Positions 48,727-58,782 of a stretch of DNA of 64,000 nt are shown here, in pieces. Numbering within the stretch: the stretch's first letter is position 1; the number at the start of each line of letters is the position of its first letter. The translations under genes and the position numbers were made by a program. Source of the stretch: a virus; IMG/VR virus record IMGVR_UViG_3300021093_000054, positions 9,219 through 73,218 of that record. One strand, 5' to 3'. Below the pieces are notes generated by a model that saw nothing but the letters and a program-made list of their open reading frames with translations, was not told where the DNA came from and did not search any database.

Positions 48727-49628
48727 TAATCTCTTATTTCATAATAATATTCGTTTATTTGTCCTTTTAAATCACAGACATCTCTATCGTTTGGAAGTTT
48801 TACAATTTTAACTTTACCCCACAATTCTCCACCATTTAATTCGTGATATAATCTTACGGCATTTTCCCAGGCATCACCATCCAAACAAATTATAACATTT
48901 CCTTTTGCATTATTGTAGATTGTTTCAAAAAGAAGTTCTGACATATGTTTTCCAAGCATAACAACTGGATTATCCAAAAACATTCCATCAAATGCACCTT
49001 CAACAAGATATATGTCTTTATTCCAATCAATAAGATTTTCCCAAAATATTATTTGGTCTTTTTCGGCTTCGGGATTTCTATATTTAGCTCTACTATTTGG
49101 GTCCCAACTTCTTCCAACATAATAATTTAGTTCGCCTTTTTTATTATATGATGGTATAACTATTCTACCCATATGACTTCCTTTGTCACAAAAACCAATA
49201 CCAAATCTTTCGATTATTTCATCGGTTATTCCACGACTTTTTAAATAGTTGTATGCTTGTTTTCTTACGGGATATATTGGATGTGAGTCTTTGAATAGGG
49301 TAAAGTTTTCTGGAAGAACTACTTTTGGTTTTTTTACCTTTACAACTTTTTCATTTTCTTCTGGTCTTAAAATTAAATAAAGTTTTTTTAATTTTTTATT
49401 ACCAAATTTATCAAAAAGTTTTCCTAAATTTCCGTGTGTTCCTTCGCTATCACCACAGGCCCAACATTTATAAACACCATCAAAGTAATTTACTTCAAGG
49501 TTATGTTTGTTTCTTTCGTCATCACATACTGGACAATTAAAAGAAATTTGACCACGATTCGGATAGTGTAATCCGTGGTCGCCTAAAACTTCTTCTAATA
49601 ATTCTACGATTGCTTCTTGTTCATCCAT
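48726..49628 (-). CDS. DNA primase (Zn finger + TOPRIM)
   Basis: CPVC...CWAC, YLKSRGI, KYRNP, VEGAFD, LDGDA. Confidence 0.88.
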   Translation of the reverse strand: MDEQEAIVELLEEVLGDHGLHYPNRGQISFNCPVCDDERNKHNLEVNYFDGVYKCWACGDSEGTHGNLGKLFDKFGNKKLKKLYLILRPEENEKVVKVKKPKVVLPENFTLFKDSHPIYPVRKQAYNYLKSRGITDEIIERFGIGFCDKGSHMGRIVIPSYNKKGELNYYVGRSWDPNSRAKYRNPEAEKDQIIFWENLIDWNKDIYLVEGAFDGMFLDNPVVMLGKHMSELLFETIYNNAKGNVIICLDGDAWENAVRLYHELNGGELWGKVKIVKLPNDRDVCDLKGQINEYYYEIRD

Positions 49629-49656
49629 TCACTATAATATAAGTGAATTTTTTAAC

Positions 49657-50181
49657 TTAATCAAATATTAATTTTTTTCCGTTTCTTTTTGATTCATATA
49701 AATCGGAAACGTTGATATAATGTTTTAGAAATCTTTTTTCTTCAATTGAATTTGCATCGATTTTAATATTTTCATCTTTGTGTTCACATTTTGAAACCTG
49801 GATTGTGGACCAAATCCATAAATTTTCATATAACCAGGTATTAACCATATAATCATAATCCCAATTATTTTTTTCACATTCTTTATGAATATGTCTGCCA
49901 ATTTCTACAGTACCAATTACGTGATCACCCAACTTTTCCCTTTTTTCAATTGATTTTTCGGTTCTAATTGCAAGACTAAGACCACTTTGTGTCCCAATAC
50001 CCATATAACCTAAACCACGATATGAATCAAGTTTCAAATCAGCTTCTGGTGTGTTTAAATTTATTGCATTTTTTAAATCTATTAGTTTTCTGTAGAAATA
50101 CCTTTGGTATTTTTCTTTGTTTTCATTCCAATAGTGGTCTCTTCTAAATTCATTGAAATATTTTTTTACGTCTATACCCAT
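49657..50181 (-). CDS. hypothetical protein
   Basis: ORF with TATATTTG box at 50202-50209. Confidence 0.6.
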   Translation of the reverse strand: MGIDVKKYFNEFRRDHYWNENKEKYQRYFYRKLIDLKNAINLNTPEADLKLDSYRGLGYMGIGTQSGLSLAIRTEKSIEKREKLGDHVIGTVEIGRHIHKECEKNNWDYDYMVNTWLYENLWIWSTIQVSKCEHKDENIKIDANSIEEKRFLKHYINVSDLYESKRNGKKLIFD

Positions 50182-50268
50182 ATTCGAATTATATTATTCT
50201 ACAAATATAAGTAAAATATTTTAATTATACAACTTCACAAGATTTTTTGATTATCTATATTTATTTAT

Positions 50269-50490
50269 ATGCCAATAGACATAACAATTAACGATATTTC
50301 TGGACAAACACCTTTTGATATATATGTATGTAACACAGGACAAACTTATTGTGTGTATTCGGCAACAATAAATTCTGGTGACTTACCTTACACGTTTGAG
50401 GTTCCAATACCATTTATAAATTCTGAAGGTGTTAATTTAAGAATTGTTGATGATAATGATTGTCAGATAAATGAAATACTTCTAATATAA
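50269..50490 (+). CDS. small Ig-like/beta protein, paralog of the N-terminus of 59823
   Basis: SGQTPFDIYVC...YC vs SGTPPFNIYVC...YC. Confidence 0.65.
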   Translation: MPIDITINDISGQTPFDIYVCNTGQTYCVYSATINSGDLPYTFEVPIPFINSEGVNLRIVDDNDCQINEILLI

Positions 50491-52655
50491 TGGCTTGTAT
50501 TGAAAATAATTTTTGTATAAATTCTGGTGGTAATTTATTTGATGGACAATATACCACAGATAGTAATACTTATAATGGTTTTACATCATATACAGGTGAT
50601 AGTGTACCATTTTTTATTTATTATTCATTAACAGAAGATAGATGGTGTTTATCAACAAGTTTTGGTGGTAGTTGTTTACAATTTGGTCCAGTCGGTGTTG
50701 GGAGTGATTGTCCTGATTTTGACGAAAGTTTTTTTATTACCGGTGTCTGTATTACAACAACTACAACAACATCACCTTGTGATGTTTTTAATTTTGAAGC
50801 TATTTTTGATTGTTTGGTTCCAACAACTACAACAACAACTAAGTTACCACCAACAACCACAACAACGACAACAATTCCTTTTGATCCTTGTACTGGTGTT
50901 TCGGTTAGTGCATCAATTACTGCTTATACAACTACAACTACCACAATTCCAGTAACTACAACCACAACAACAGGAGTTATCAGGCCTTGTAATTTTGATG
51001 GCATTGTTACTTTCAATACGTTTGACGAATATATGAGATGTGGTAATAGTAAGAAATTTAAAGATTGTTTAACTGGGTTTGAATATTTTTCAAATGGATT
51101 AATCTTCAATGAATCTGGTGACACTTTGATTCAAAATTGGGTTTATAAATCAACAATTAATGGTATTTCTACTTGTGTTTCGTTTTTAGGTCTTGTCGAT
51201 AACATTAGTGGTTCAGATTTAGTTGTGATTAATGAAACATTGGGTTCTGAATTTCAAGGTGCTTGTTTAGAATGTGTACCAGATTCTACGACAACAACAA
51301 CGACCAAAGGACCTGCTGACTACTTTGTTGAGTGTGGTGATGGTTTTTGTCCTTTCGGTAATGTAAATTTTGGCCCTAGAGACAATCTTTCAACACTATT
51401 CAATTCTTGGAATAGATTTGCTCTTTTTGCCCCAAATAAATATCCTGGTTTATCCACATTAACTGGATTACAATCTAATGGTATTCTTATAACTAATGAT
51501 CCATCTTATTATTTTTGGACTGGTAGTACCAATTATTTGGGGGCATTTAATCTTGTAATGACAGAAGGTGAAAATGTTGGTCCAGTAGCTTCAGATTTTA
51601 GTAATGTTGATAAGTTTTATTATAACACGTATATTAATAAAATGATTTTTTCTTACGATGTTGGTGGAAGTAGTACATATCGATGGTCTACGTTTGACCC
51701 AACAGCCAATGTAAGTACCGCTTTAGGTAACCCAACAACAACACAATATTTAACAACTTCATCAAATTGGAAAATATCTGGCTTAACAAGTGTCCAATAT
51801 ACTGTCAGTGGAACTAGTAATACCGTTGTGTTAGCACAACAAAAAATACTTGATGCTGGTGGTACTCCTGAAATGATTCAATGTGTTCAAAATAGTGCTT
51901 TTGGAAATGGATTTTATAGTAATTGTGAATACACTAATTATGTACACGAAGTTACTTTAGGTAGTACTGATAATGATAATGATAAGATTGGTATTGTTTT
52001 AGCAGCTAAAAAAGGTTTAGGTAACAATCCTAAGGTTACTGATATGTTATCTTTAATCTTTAATGGTACAAATAATCGTGTTAATGTTGATTATAATCCA
52101 TACCAAGATGTTTATGCGTTTAACAATAATATGGGTTTAACAAGTGTTACGATAATGACTGGAGCAACAAATCCATTTGGTGCTGGTAATTATAACGTTA
52201 AGGGTCAAGTCAGAATTAAAATTATTAAAACAAATACTACTATTAGTATATATACAACACAACGTATGGGTCCATTAGGTATTGTACAGTCTGGAAATCC
52301 AAATCCATACACTCTGTTATATCAATTTGACTTAACAGATAAAACTACTTGGAATGCAGCACCTAATTATGCTTTGGGTAATGAACTTTTGAAATTCACA
52401 GGTGGGACAAGTTTTGGTTATCTGACAACATCACAACGTAAAAGTCAATTTTATGACATTTTATTTTCGAGCACACAACAACCTTCTGGTATTTTATATA
52501 GTAAAACAGTTTCGAATCCTATTTTAGGTAAAGTTTATTCATTTATTGATGTTGATGGTTGTTTCATATATAGTGGCAGTACGTTTAATTTTTCAAATTC
52601 TGATTTGGTTGATTTAACGATTGAAACTGTTAATAATAGTTGTCAAGATTGTTAA
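50490..52655 (+). CDS. Cys-rich protein with poly-Thr linkers, probable virion structural protein
   Basis: Repeated TTTTTT stretches; C-terminal DNDNDKIG lectin/TSP-C-like segment. Confidence 0.6.
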   Translation: MACIENNFCINSGGNLFDGQYTTDSNTYNGFTSYTGDSVPFFIYYSLTEDRWCLSTSFGGSCLQFGPVGVGSDCPDFDESFFITGVCITTTTTTSPCDVFNFEAIFDCLVPTTTTTTKLPPTTTTTTTIPFDPCTGVSVSASITAYTTTTTTIPVTTTTTTGVIRPCNFDGIVTFNTFDEYMRCGNSKKFKDCLTGFEYFSNGLIFNESGDTLIQNWVYKSTINGISTCVSFLGLVDNISGSDLVVINETLGSEFQGACLECVPDSTTTTTTKGPADYFVECGDGFCPFGNVNFGPRDNLSTLFNSWNRFALFAPNKYPGLSTLTGLQSNGILITNDPSYYFWTGSTNYLGAFNLVMTEGENVGPVASDFSNVDKFYYNTYINKMIFSYDVGGSSTYRWSTFDPTANVSTALGNPTTTQYLTTSSNWKISGLTSVQYTVSGTSNTVVLAQQKILDAGGTPEMIQCVQNSAFGNGFYSNCEYTNYVHEVTLGSTDNDNDKIGIVLAAKKGLGNNPKVTDMLSLIFNGTNNRVNVDYNPYQDVYAFNNNMGLTSVTIMTGATNPFGAGNYNVKGQVRIKIIKTNTTISIYTTQRMGPLGIVQSGNPNPYTLLYQFDLTDKTTWNAAPNYALGNELLKFTGGTSFGYLTTSQRKSQFYDILFSSTQQPSGILYSKTVSNPILGKVYSFIDVDGCFIYSGSTFNFSNSDLVDLTIETVNNSCQDC

Positions 52656-52670
52656 AATCACATTAAAAAA

Positions 52671-52723
52671 AAATATCGTCTAAAAAGACGATATTTAAAA
52701 TTATCATTATTTTAGACGATATT
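52671..52723. terminator. bidirectional terminator with alternative pairing
   Basis: AAATATCGTCT/AGACGATATTT plus a second arm TTTTAGACGATATT at 52710-52723. Confidence 0.65.
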
Positions 52724-53039
52724 ATCTTCTTCTTCTAAGATATCTTGATTCCGTAATTTGTTCTGATTCCATACTATCTTGACCCCAATTTTGGTTTGGT
52801 CTTTCACTTGCAACACCCATATCGTTTTTTTCACTTCTAATTGCAAATTCCAATTCTTTTAAGTCAGACATTATTTCATCTGGTGTTCTCGCACCCAATG
52901 TACCACCTCTTTCTTCTAAGAAACTTCTTACAAAGTCCATAGCACTTCTTTGTTCCATTTTTTCATCTTCAATTTCAAAAATGGTTCTTTTGATTATTCT
53001 TGATAAGTCTCTTTCTGTTAATCTGACTATTTTTTTCAT
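52722..53039 (-). CDS. small protein with MKKIVRLTERDL leader
   Basis: Leader shared with 19657. Confidence 0.65.
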   Translation of the reverse strand: MKKIVRLTERDLSRIIKRTIFEIEDEKMEQRSAMDFVRSFLEERGGTLGARTPDEIMSDLKELEFAIRSEKNDMGVASERPNQNWGQDSMESEQITESRYLRRRR

Positions 53040-53082
53040 ATCTTTTTTTATTATAAATATATAGATATTCTAAAAAAATAAT

Positions 53083-53691
53083 TTACTTCCAAATTTCCTT
53101 TGAATTCATATACCCTAATACACAGGTGTAGGCATCTGTCTGGTCAAAATTTTCTTTTTTGAGTGTGTTATTTTTAGTATAACCCCAGGTTATTTGTGGT
53201 TCACGTTTTGCAACTTTTTCCCAGATTAACATTTTTTTATCAATGTCTTTTGGTAATCCACCAAATAAAACGTATTTACCTTTATCATTTTCTTTAACCA
53301 ACTCTGGCCAAGCATATTTTCTTGCGTTATACGTTGAAATAAATTCTGGAACAATTCCTAAAATATCATAAACTTCTTTACAAATAAAACTATTAAATCT
53401 TAGTAGAGTTTGTATTGTATAGATATTATTTGAATTTAATAATGGTTCTTCAATTATTACTTTAACAATCCCTAAATTAACATATTGTTTTAGTTTTTCA
53501 GCAAAAATTTCTGATTTAAAAATTAACTCTTTTACTTTATCATCATTACCTTTTTCCATTTTTGGTCTTGGTGAAATATGTGTAAGTTCTAAAAGTTCTC
53601 TTCCTTGAATGTCAAATAAAGCCCAACCAATTGTTTTAGTTGATATGTCTAAACCTAAGACTTTTGGTGAATTTTTAATTTGTTTTCCCAT
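53083..53691 (-). CDS. RuvC-like Holliday junction resolvase
   Basis: LGLDISTKTIGW, IIEEP, DQTDAY. Confidence 0.75.
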   Translation of the reverse strand: MGKQIKNSPKVLGLDISTKTIGWALFDIQGRELLELTHISPRPKMEKGNDDKVKELIFKSEIFAEKLKQYVNLGIVKVIIEEPLLNSNNIYTIQTLLRFNSFICKEVYDILGIVPEFISTYNARKYAWPELVKENDKGKYVLFGGLPKDIDKKMLIWEKVAKREPQITWGYTKNNTLKKENFDQTDAYTCVLGYMNSKEIWK

Positions 53692-53740
53692 AAATAATAT
53701 TTTATTAAGATAATAACTTAAAAGGAATAAAACTAAATAA

Positions 53741-56668
53741 TTAGATGTCTATCTTAACTACGTATTGTTGGATACCTTGTCTTAAAGTCGGTGATTGTAA
53801 TTTAGACATAACAAGAATATCTTTATTGTCATCAAGTAGCGCAATTTCAGTGACATACGATTTTGTACCTAGTGTCCAGCTTGGATTTGTTGAAACTTGG
53901 AATTCACTTGAACTTAGATTTATTTTATATTTCATTTCATAAATTGTTGCTTGAATATCTGTTTCGAAAGACCCATAAAAATAGTATTCATCACCAAAAT
54001 TTAATGATTGTCCGGTATAGCCAATCGGTGTTAAACTAATATAATCATCCAAGTTGTAATATGGTGCTGAATCATAGTTATCTGGAGAAATAATAAATGT
54101 TGTCCCAGTTAACGAACTTTGAGTTATAAAACCATCTATGAAACTATTTTGGATTTGTGTTGTAAAATCTATTTTTTTCCACATTGCCGGATTGGGTCTT
54201 TGGCCTGTTTGTACTTTTTGAACGAGGATTTCAAATTCATCACCAAAAAATCCATTGGGTGTAATACAGGGTTCACAATTTGGTAAATAATTTGTTGTTG
54301 TAGTTGTTGTCATTGGAAATATAGTTGTGGTTGTTGTTAAACATCCACCACATTCATCAACCAAATCAATAATCAAATCACCAGTTGATTGAATACCAGT
54401 AGTTGAACAAACTACAGTTCCAGTGTTTCCTGGTAATGTAAGTGGTGATGTTTTTGTTTCATCACAACAAGGTGTAAAAATAATTTTTGTACTTCCAGTT
54501 AATTCTGTGTTAGTAATTTGATATCTACCACAAAATGGATTAGTTGTTGTTGTGGTTGTTGAACATCCACCACATTCATCAACCAAATCAATAATCAAAT
54601 CACCAGTTGATTGAATACCAGTAGTTGAACAAACTACAGTTCCAGTGTTTCCTGGTAATGTAAGTGGTGATGTTTTTGTTTCATCACAACAAGGTGTAAA
54701 AATAATTTTTGTACTTCCAGTTAATTCTGTGTTAGTAATTTGATATCTACCACAAAATGGATTAGTTGTTGTTGTGGTTGTAATTGGTTGTACGGTATAT
54801 GGTTGTACTAAACAGTTAAAATCACCACCAAATCTAACGGCAACATTTTTAGATACGTCAGGACTACATTCGTTATTATTACCTTTAATAGATGAATAAT
54901 AATTACAATGTAATGAATTTGTAAAACAATATGTGTTATTAATTCTATATGTAACAAACAAAGTTTGTGAATCACCAGTTAATATTCCTTGTGATGTTGT
55001 TGTTGTATCACAAGTATTTGGTGTTATCAAAGAAAGTTGTGGTGCTGGTAATGTCCAATTTCTATTTGATTTGTAAGACATTGCAGCAATAATTTCTTCA
55101 TCATCAATGATAATTAATTTACTATCTGGAAACACCTTACCAATTCTACTTGGTAATCCATCTGAATTAGGATTTGTGTCCCACAAATGATAATACCTAA
55201 TACCAGGTTGGTTCATTCCTTCATTTTTGGTAGATTGGATATAATGTGGTTTGAACAATTCCTTATCTTCAAATCCTGGTGGATCAACCCAGAACGTTTG
55301 ACCGTTACAACAATTTGGGTTCTTGTGCCACATCAACCAAGGAATATGTAATTTAAAGTTTCTTGCTTGTCCAGTTGTATTGTCTGGATTTGTTGGGTCA
55401 TAAGGTTCTAATGCAAATTTTTCACCATAAAAGAAATCAATCGTTTGATTTGTGTAATGAATTATTGCAATTGCTTTTTGTTCTTCTGGTTTTACTTGTA
55501 CAATTTCATCAAAAGAATTATAATAATAGGTATAACTTGTATCACTTTGACCTTTACTTGAATTATAACCAAAATATTCTTTACTTCCGATATAATCTAT
55601 TGAACCAAATTGTGTGTAGTCTTTAAATTGACTTGGTATTAGTCCAGCAGGATTTTCAGTCCAAGGAATGTTCATATTCCAAACTTTAACATCAAATTGG
55701 TCTGTATTACAAATAGATTCAAAATCAATAACTTGTTCACCCCAATGTGGCATAGGTGTTATACTATCGTATAATTGTGTCATCGTCGATGGATATATAA
55801 TTGTTCTTGAATAACAATCAACTGGGTAACAAGTATAGTTTGGTACATTTCTATCAACAGTAATAGTATTAAGACAAACATCAACAATCTTATATGTTAA
55901 CATAATAGTACAACTTTGTACTGGCATAAAACATTCTGGAACTGGGGGGAGAGGACATTGTGGACTTGGTGTTGGTGTCAAACACGGAGTTTTTGACGGT
56001 GTTGGTGTAGGTGTTGGTGATAAACAAGGTATAAGTGTTGTTGTTGTAGTTGTAGAAGTTGTAGTTGTTGTTCCGGTAGGTGTTGGTGTGGGTTTTGGTA
56101 AATTTATACATTCACAATTACAATCAGCTTTACCATCAAAAAATATAGTTATAATATCACCAATTTGTGGTTTTACTGTATTTGGTGTATTACATCCAGA
56201 ATAAATAAGTGTAATTTGATTTGTACCATTAAGTGTTGTCATATCAACAACATAGTTACCAGTTAAAGCGTATTGATTACCGGTTAGAACTTCCCAATTC
56301 ACTGTGGTTGCTGTTGTAATTCCACCAAAAAAACCTCTAAGTGGTGCTCTATTAAACACGGAATCTATTTGTGAATCCATAAATGGAATACCATATGTAT
56401 TCTGTTGGTTTGAATCAACATAATATGGGTATTTAACGTATTGTCTATTTGATTGTGGTACTCCAGTCGTGTTTTGACTATTAAAACCTGGTTCTAAAAC
56501 AAAACTATTTGATTGGTTATATGTTTGTGGTAATTTATCGTATGAAACTTCACTATCTCCAATTTGGAAATAAGATATTTTAAAATTACCTTGTGATAAT
56601 TTTTGTCTTCCAACGTCAGTTATTCTTGTGTTAACTAAACCTGATGTATTTTTAATTATGTATGCCAT
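53741..56668 (-). CDS. large Cys/Thr/Pro-rich probable virion structural protein
   Basis: ITDVGRQKL...YFQIGDSEV N-terminus, PTPTPT and poly-T linkers, YVTEIALLD...KL C-terminus. Confidence 0.65.
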   Translation of the reverse strand: MAYIIKNTSGLVNTRITDVGRQKLSQGNFKISYFQIGDSEVSYDKLPQTYNQSNSFVLEPGFNSQNTTGVPQSNRQYVKYPYYVDSNQQNTYGIPFMDSQIDSVFNRAPLRGFFGGITTATTVNWEVLTGNQYALTGNYVVDMTTLNGTNQITLIYSGCNTPNTVKPQIGDIITIFFDGKADCNCECINLPKPTPTPTGTTTTTSTTTTTTLIPCLSPTPTPTPSKTPCLTPTPSPQCPLPPVPECFMPVQSCTIMLTYKIVDVCLNTITVDRNVPNYTCYPVDCYSRTIIYPSTMTQLYDSITPMPHWGEQVIDFESICNTDQFDVKVWNMNIPWTENPAGLIPSQFKDYTQFGSIDYIGSKEYFGYNSSKGQSDTSYTYYYNSFDEIVQVKPEEQKAIAIIHYTNQTIDFFYGEKFALEPYDPTNPDNTTGQARNFKLHIPWLMWHKNPNCCNGQTFWVDPPGFEDKELFKPHYIQSTKNEGMNQPGIRYYHLWDTNPNSDGLPSRIGKVFPDSKLIIIDDEEIIAAMSYKSNRNWTLPAPQLSLITPNTCDTTTTSQGILTGDSQTLFVTYRINNTYCFTNSLHCNYYSSIKGNNNECSPDVSKNVAVRFGGDFNCLVQPYTVQPITTTTTTNPFCGRYQITNTELTGSTKIIFTPCCDETKTSPLTLPGNTGTVVCSTTGIQSTGDLIIDLVDECGGCSTTTTTTNPFCGRYQITNTELTGSTKIIFTPCCDETKTSPLTLPGNTGTVVCSTTGIQSTGDLIIDLVDECGGCLTTTTTIFPMTTTTTTNYLPNCEPCITPNGFFGDEFEILVQKVQTGQRPNPAMWKKIDFTTQIQNSFIDGFITQSSLTGTTFIISPDNYDSAPYYNLDDYISLTPIGYTGQSLNFGDEYYFYGSFETDIQATIYEMKYKINLSSSEFQVSTNPSWTLGTKSYVTEIALLDDNKDILVMSKLQSPTLRQGIQQYVVKIDI
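54340..54781. repeat. in-frame tandem duplication, period 222 bp (74 aa)
   Basis: 54340-54559 reads identical to 54562-54781. Confidence 0.9.
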
Positions 56669-56706
56669 CTATTTTATAAATATTTCTAAAAACTAAATTT
56701 ATATTT

Positions 56707-58770
56707 TTAATTTGGTTTAATTGGGTTTACTACCTGAACATCACAACATTTACAATTGTTGACAGTTGGCCTTCCTACGATATATAGATTAAAATCTCTA
56801 TTAGCACCGCGACATAATCCGACTGGTAAATTGTTTATAATGTCAGTATATGAACCAGTTATTGTTTGTCCACCACTTATTGTTAATTGTTTTGTGTAAA
56901 GTTTTATTTGTTGATTTTGTAATGGTACAGGTACTATACAATTAATGTTCAATGCTGGTTGACTATTTGTTATTATTGGTATTCCCATATTACCTAATCC
57001 ACCATCAAATGTGACTATATTATCTAATGTTGGGGTCGGTGTTATATTTGGTGGATAATAATTAAATTGAGAATATTGTTCAATCGAAAAAGTAATTGTT
57101 TGTGTTGGTGCAAGGTTTATTGATGGTTGTATTTGGAATGTATTTGAAATATCATCAATTGTTAATGTCAAAACAAAAGTTTGTGGATTTGTTTGTGTTA
57201 ATGTGACCGATGATGGTGTTGATAAATTACCCAAACTATCTTTTACAACAACAATATAGCTTACAGCATTTAGATTAGAAAAAGTGGATAGAGTACTAAA
57301 CGTTGTTCCATTATTTATTGAATATTGATAAGGTGGTAGACCACCATATGCTTGTATTGTTATACTTCCTTTTGTATCACAAATCAAATTGTTTTGTGTT
57401 ATATTTACACTTACTTCTTTGTAAGAAGTACAAGTACCAGTAGTCACTGTAATATTTATTATACTAGGATTACCAAGTCCTTGCCAACCAATTATAGGCG
57501 GTGTTGGTGTATTGTTATTAATAATACTACCAAAAACAGAACTTCCAGAAACAACCCACTGACTTGTGTAACCAGTATTAAAAAACATAAAATATTTTTC
57601 GTCGTCTGATAACCAACTTTGGTTACCATTTGTAATATTATAAGGCTCAAATTGTATTTGTTCAAAAATAACAGCCCCTAATTTTGAAGAACTTCTTTTT
57701 TTAATAGTCATACACAAATCACCATAAACTGGTAATGGTCTTATTGTGGTTGTTGTGGTAGTTGTTGGCGTTTCAGCAGTTAAGACACAAGTTGTATTTG
57801 CCGTAAAGTCACCATAATAATCAATAACAGTCGCACTATAACTTCCTACATTCAAATTATAAATTAATGGGGAAATACTACCAATATCCCATAAAATTGT
57901 ATATGGTGATGTGCCACCAGTTATTATCAATGTTGCAGCACCATCAAATGATTTTATTGATGAAGGGTGTGTTACCAAACATTCAACTTCCATAGGAAAT
58001 ATTGTAAGTACGTCACATTCATTTCTAGGTTGTATTGTTATTGGTGTAGAACAAGAACAACTTTCTTCTAAGTTAATTTCATAACCATAAGTTTCAACAC
58101 AACTTTGTACTCCAATGTATTTTACTTCATAACATTGTTGTGGAATTGGTAGTGGATCAGTTATTGTTAGTAGTATTGAATTGTTTGTGTGCCCAGAAAG
58201 GATTGGGTTTGCACTCGTAAATGTTGGTACACTACCATCACATGCCGAAATTTCATAACAATCCGTAGCACAAGGATTTTCTTCAACACAAGTCCTACAA
58301 CCCAAATCACCGAAAACATTTGGATTTTTAAATATTGGATAATAATTCGGTTGTATTCCCAACTTTATTAATTTTTTGTCGTAAACATAAAAACAACCAG
58401 AATAAGTTTGTCCACTTAGTGAAGAAGGAATGTAGTTATCACAATAAATAGAATCATCTAGATTTAGATAATCGTCATTAGCAAGAATTGTTATGTATTG
58501 GTTATCAATACAACAAGCACTTAAAAAATAACTTGAATTTGGTATTACAATTTTGTCTTTTTTGAAATTTGATGTATTGCCACTTATTGGAAATAATCCA
58601 CAAAAATTTACTATTGCACTTTCTTGTGGTTCAAAAATTTCTGAAACAGTATTACCAGAGCAATCAATAAAAGTTAGTGTTTCGGTTGTGGTACCAGTAT
58701 TTACAATACCAGTAACTTTACAAGTTGTAAAACAATTGAAAACAAGTGGGGGAAAATTAATTCTAGGCAT
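56707..58770 (-). CDS. Cys-rich protein with SprB-like repeats, probable virion protein
   Basis: DGAATLIITGGTSPYTILW...NLNVGSYSATVID; GSITIQAYGGLPPYQYSI...VKDS. Confidence 0.6.
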   Translation of the reverse strand: MPRINFPPLVFNCFTTCKVTGIVNTGTTTETLTFIDCSGNTVSEIFEPQESAIVNFCGLFPISGNTSNFKKDKIVIPNSSYFLSACCIDNQYITILANDDYLNLDDSIYCDNYIPSSLSGQTYSGCFYVYDKKLIKLGIQPNYYPIFKNPNVFGDLGCRTCVEENPCATDCYEISACDGSVPTFTSANPILSGHTNNSILLTITDPLPIPQQCYEVKYIGVQSCVETYGYEINLEESCSCSTPITIQPRNECDVLTIFPMEVECLVTHPSSIKSFDGAATLIITGGTSPYTILWDIGSISPLIYNLNVGSYSATVIDYYGDFTANTTCVLTAETPTTTTTTTIRPLPVYGDLCMTIKKRSSSKLGAVIFEQIQFEPYNITNGNQSWLSDDEKYFMFFNTGYTSQWVVSGSSVFGSIINNNTPTPPIIGWQGLGNPSIINITVTTGTCTSYKEVSVNITQNNLICDTKGSITIQAYGGLPPYQYSINNGTTFSTLSTFSNLNAVSYIVVVKDSLGNLSTPSSVTLTQTNPQTFVLTLTIDDISNTFQIQPSINLAPTQTITFSIEQYSQFNYYPPNITPTPTLDNIVTFDGGLGNMGIPIITNSQPALNINCIVPVPLQNQQIKLYTKQLTISGGQTITGSYTDIINNLPVGLCRGANRDFNLYIVGRPTVNNCKCCDVQVVNPIKPN

Positions 58771-58782
58771 ACTAATAAATAA

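Noticed and set aside
53083-53691. RuvC-fold protein as another Cas12/TnpB-like effector
   Set aside because: Only 202 aa, no Zn finger or REC/WED region, no array; fits a resolvase
54340-54781. Diversity-generating retroelement TR/VR pair
   Set aside because: Copies are adjacent, in frame and identical, with no adenine-specific mismatches and no reverse transcriptase in the window
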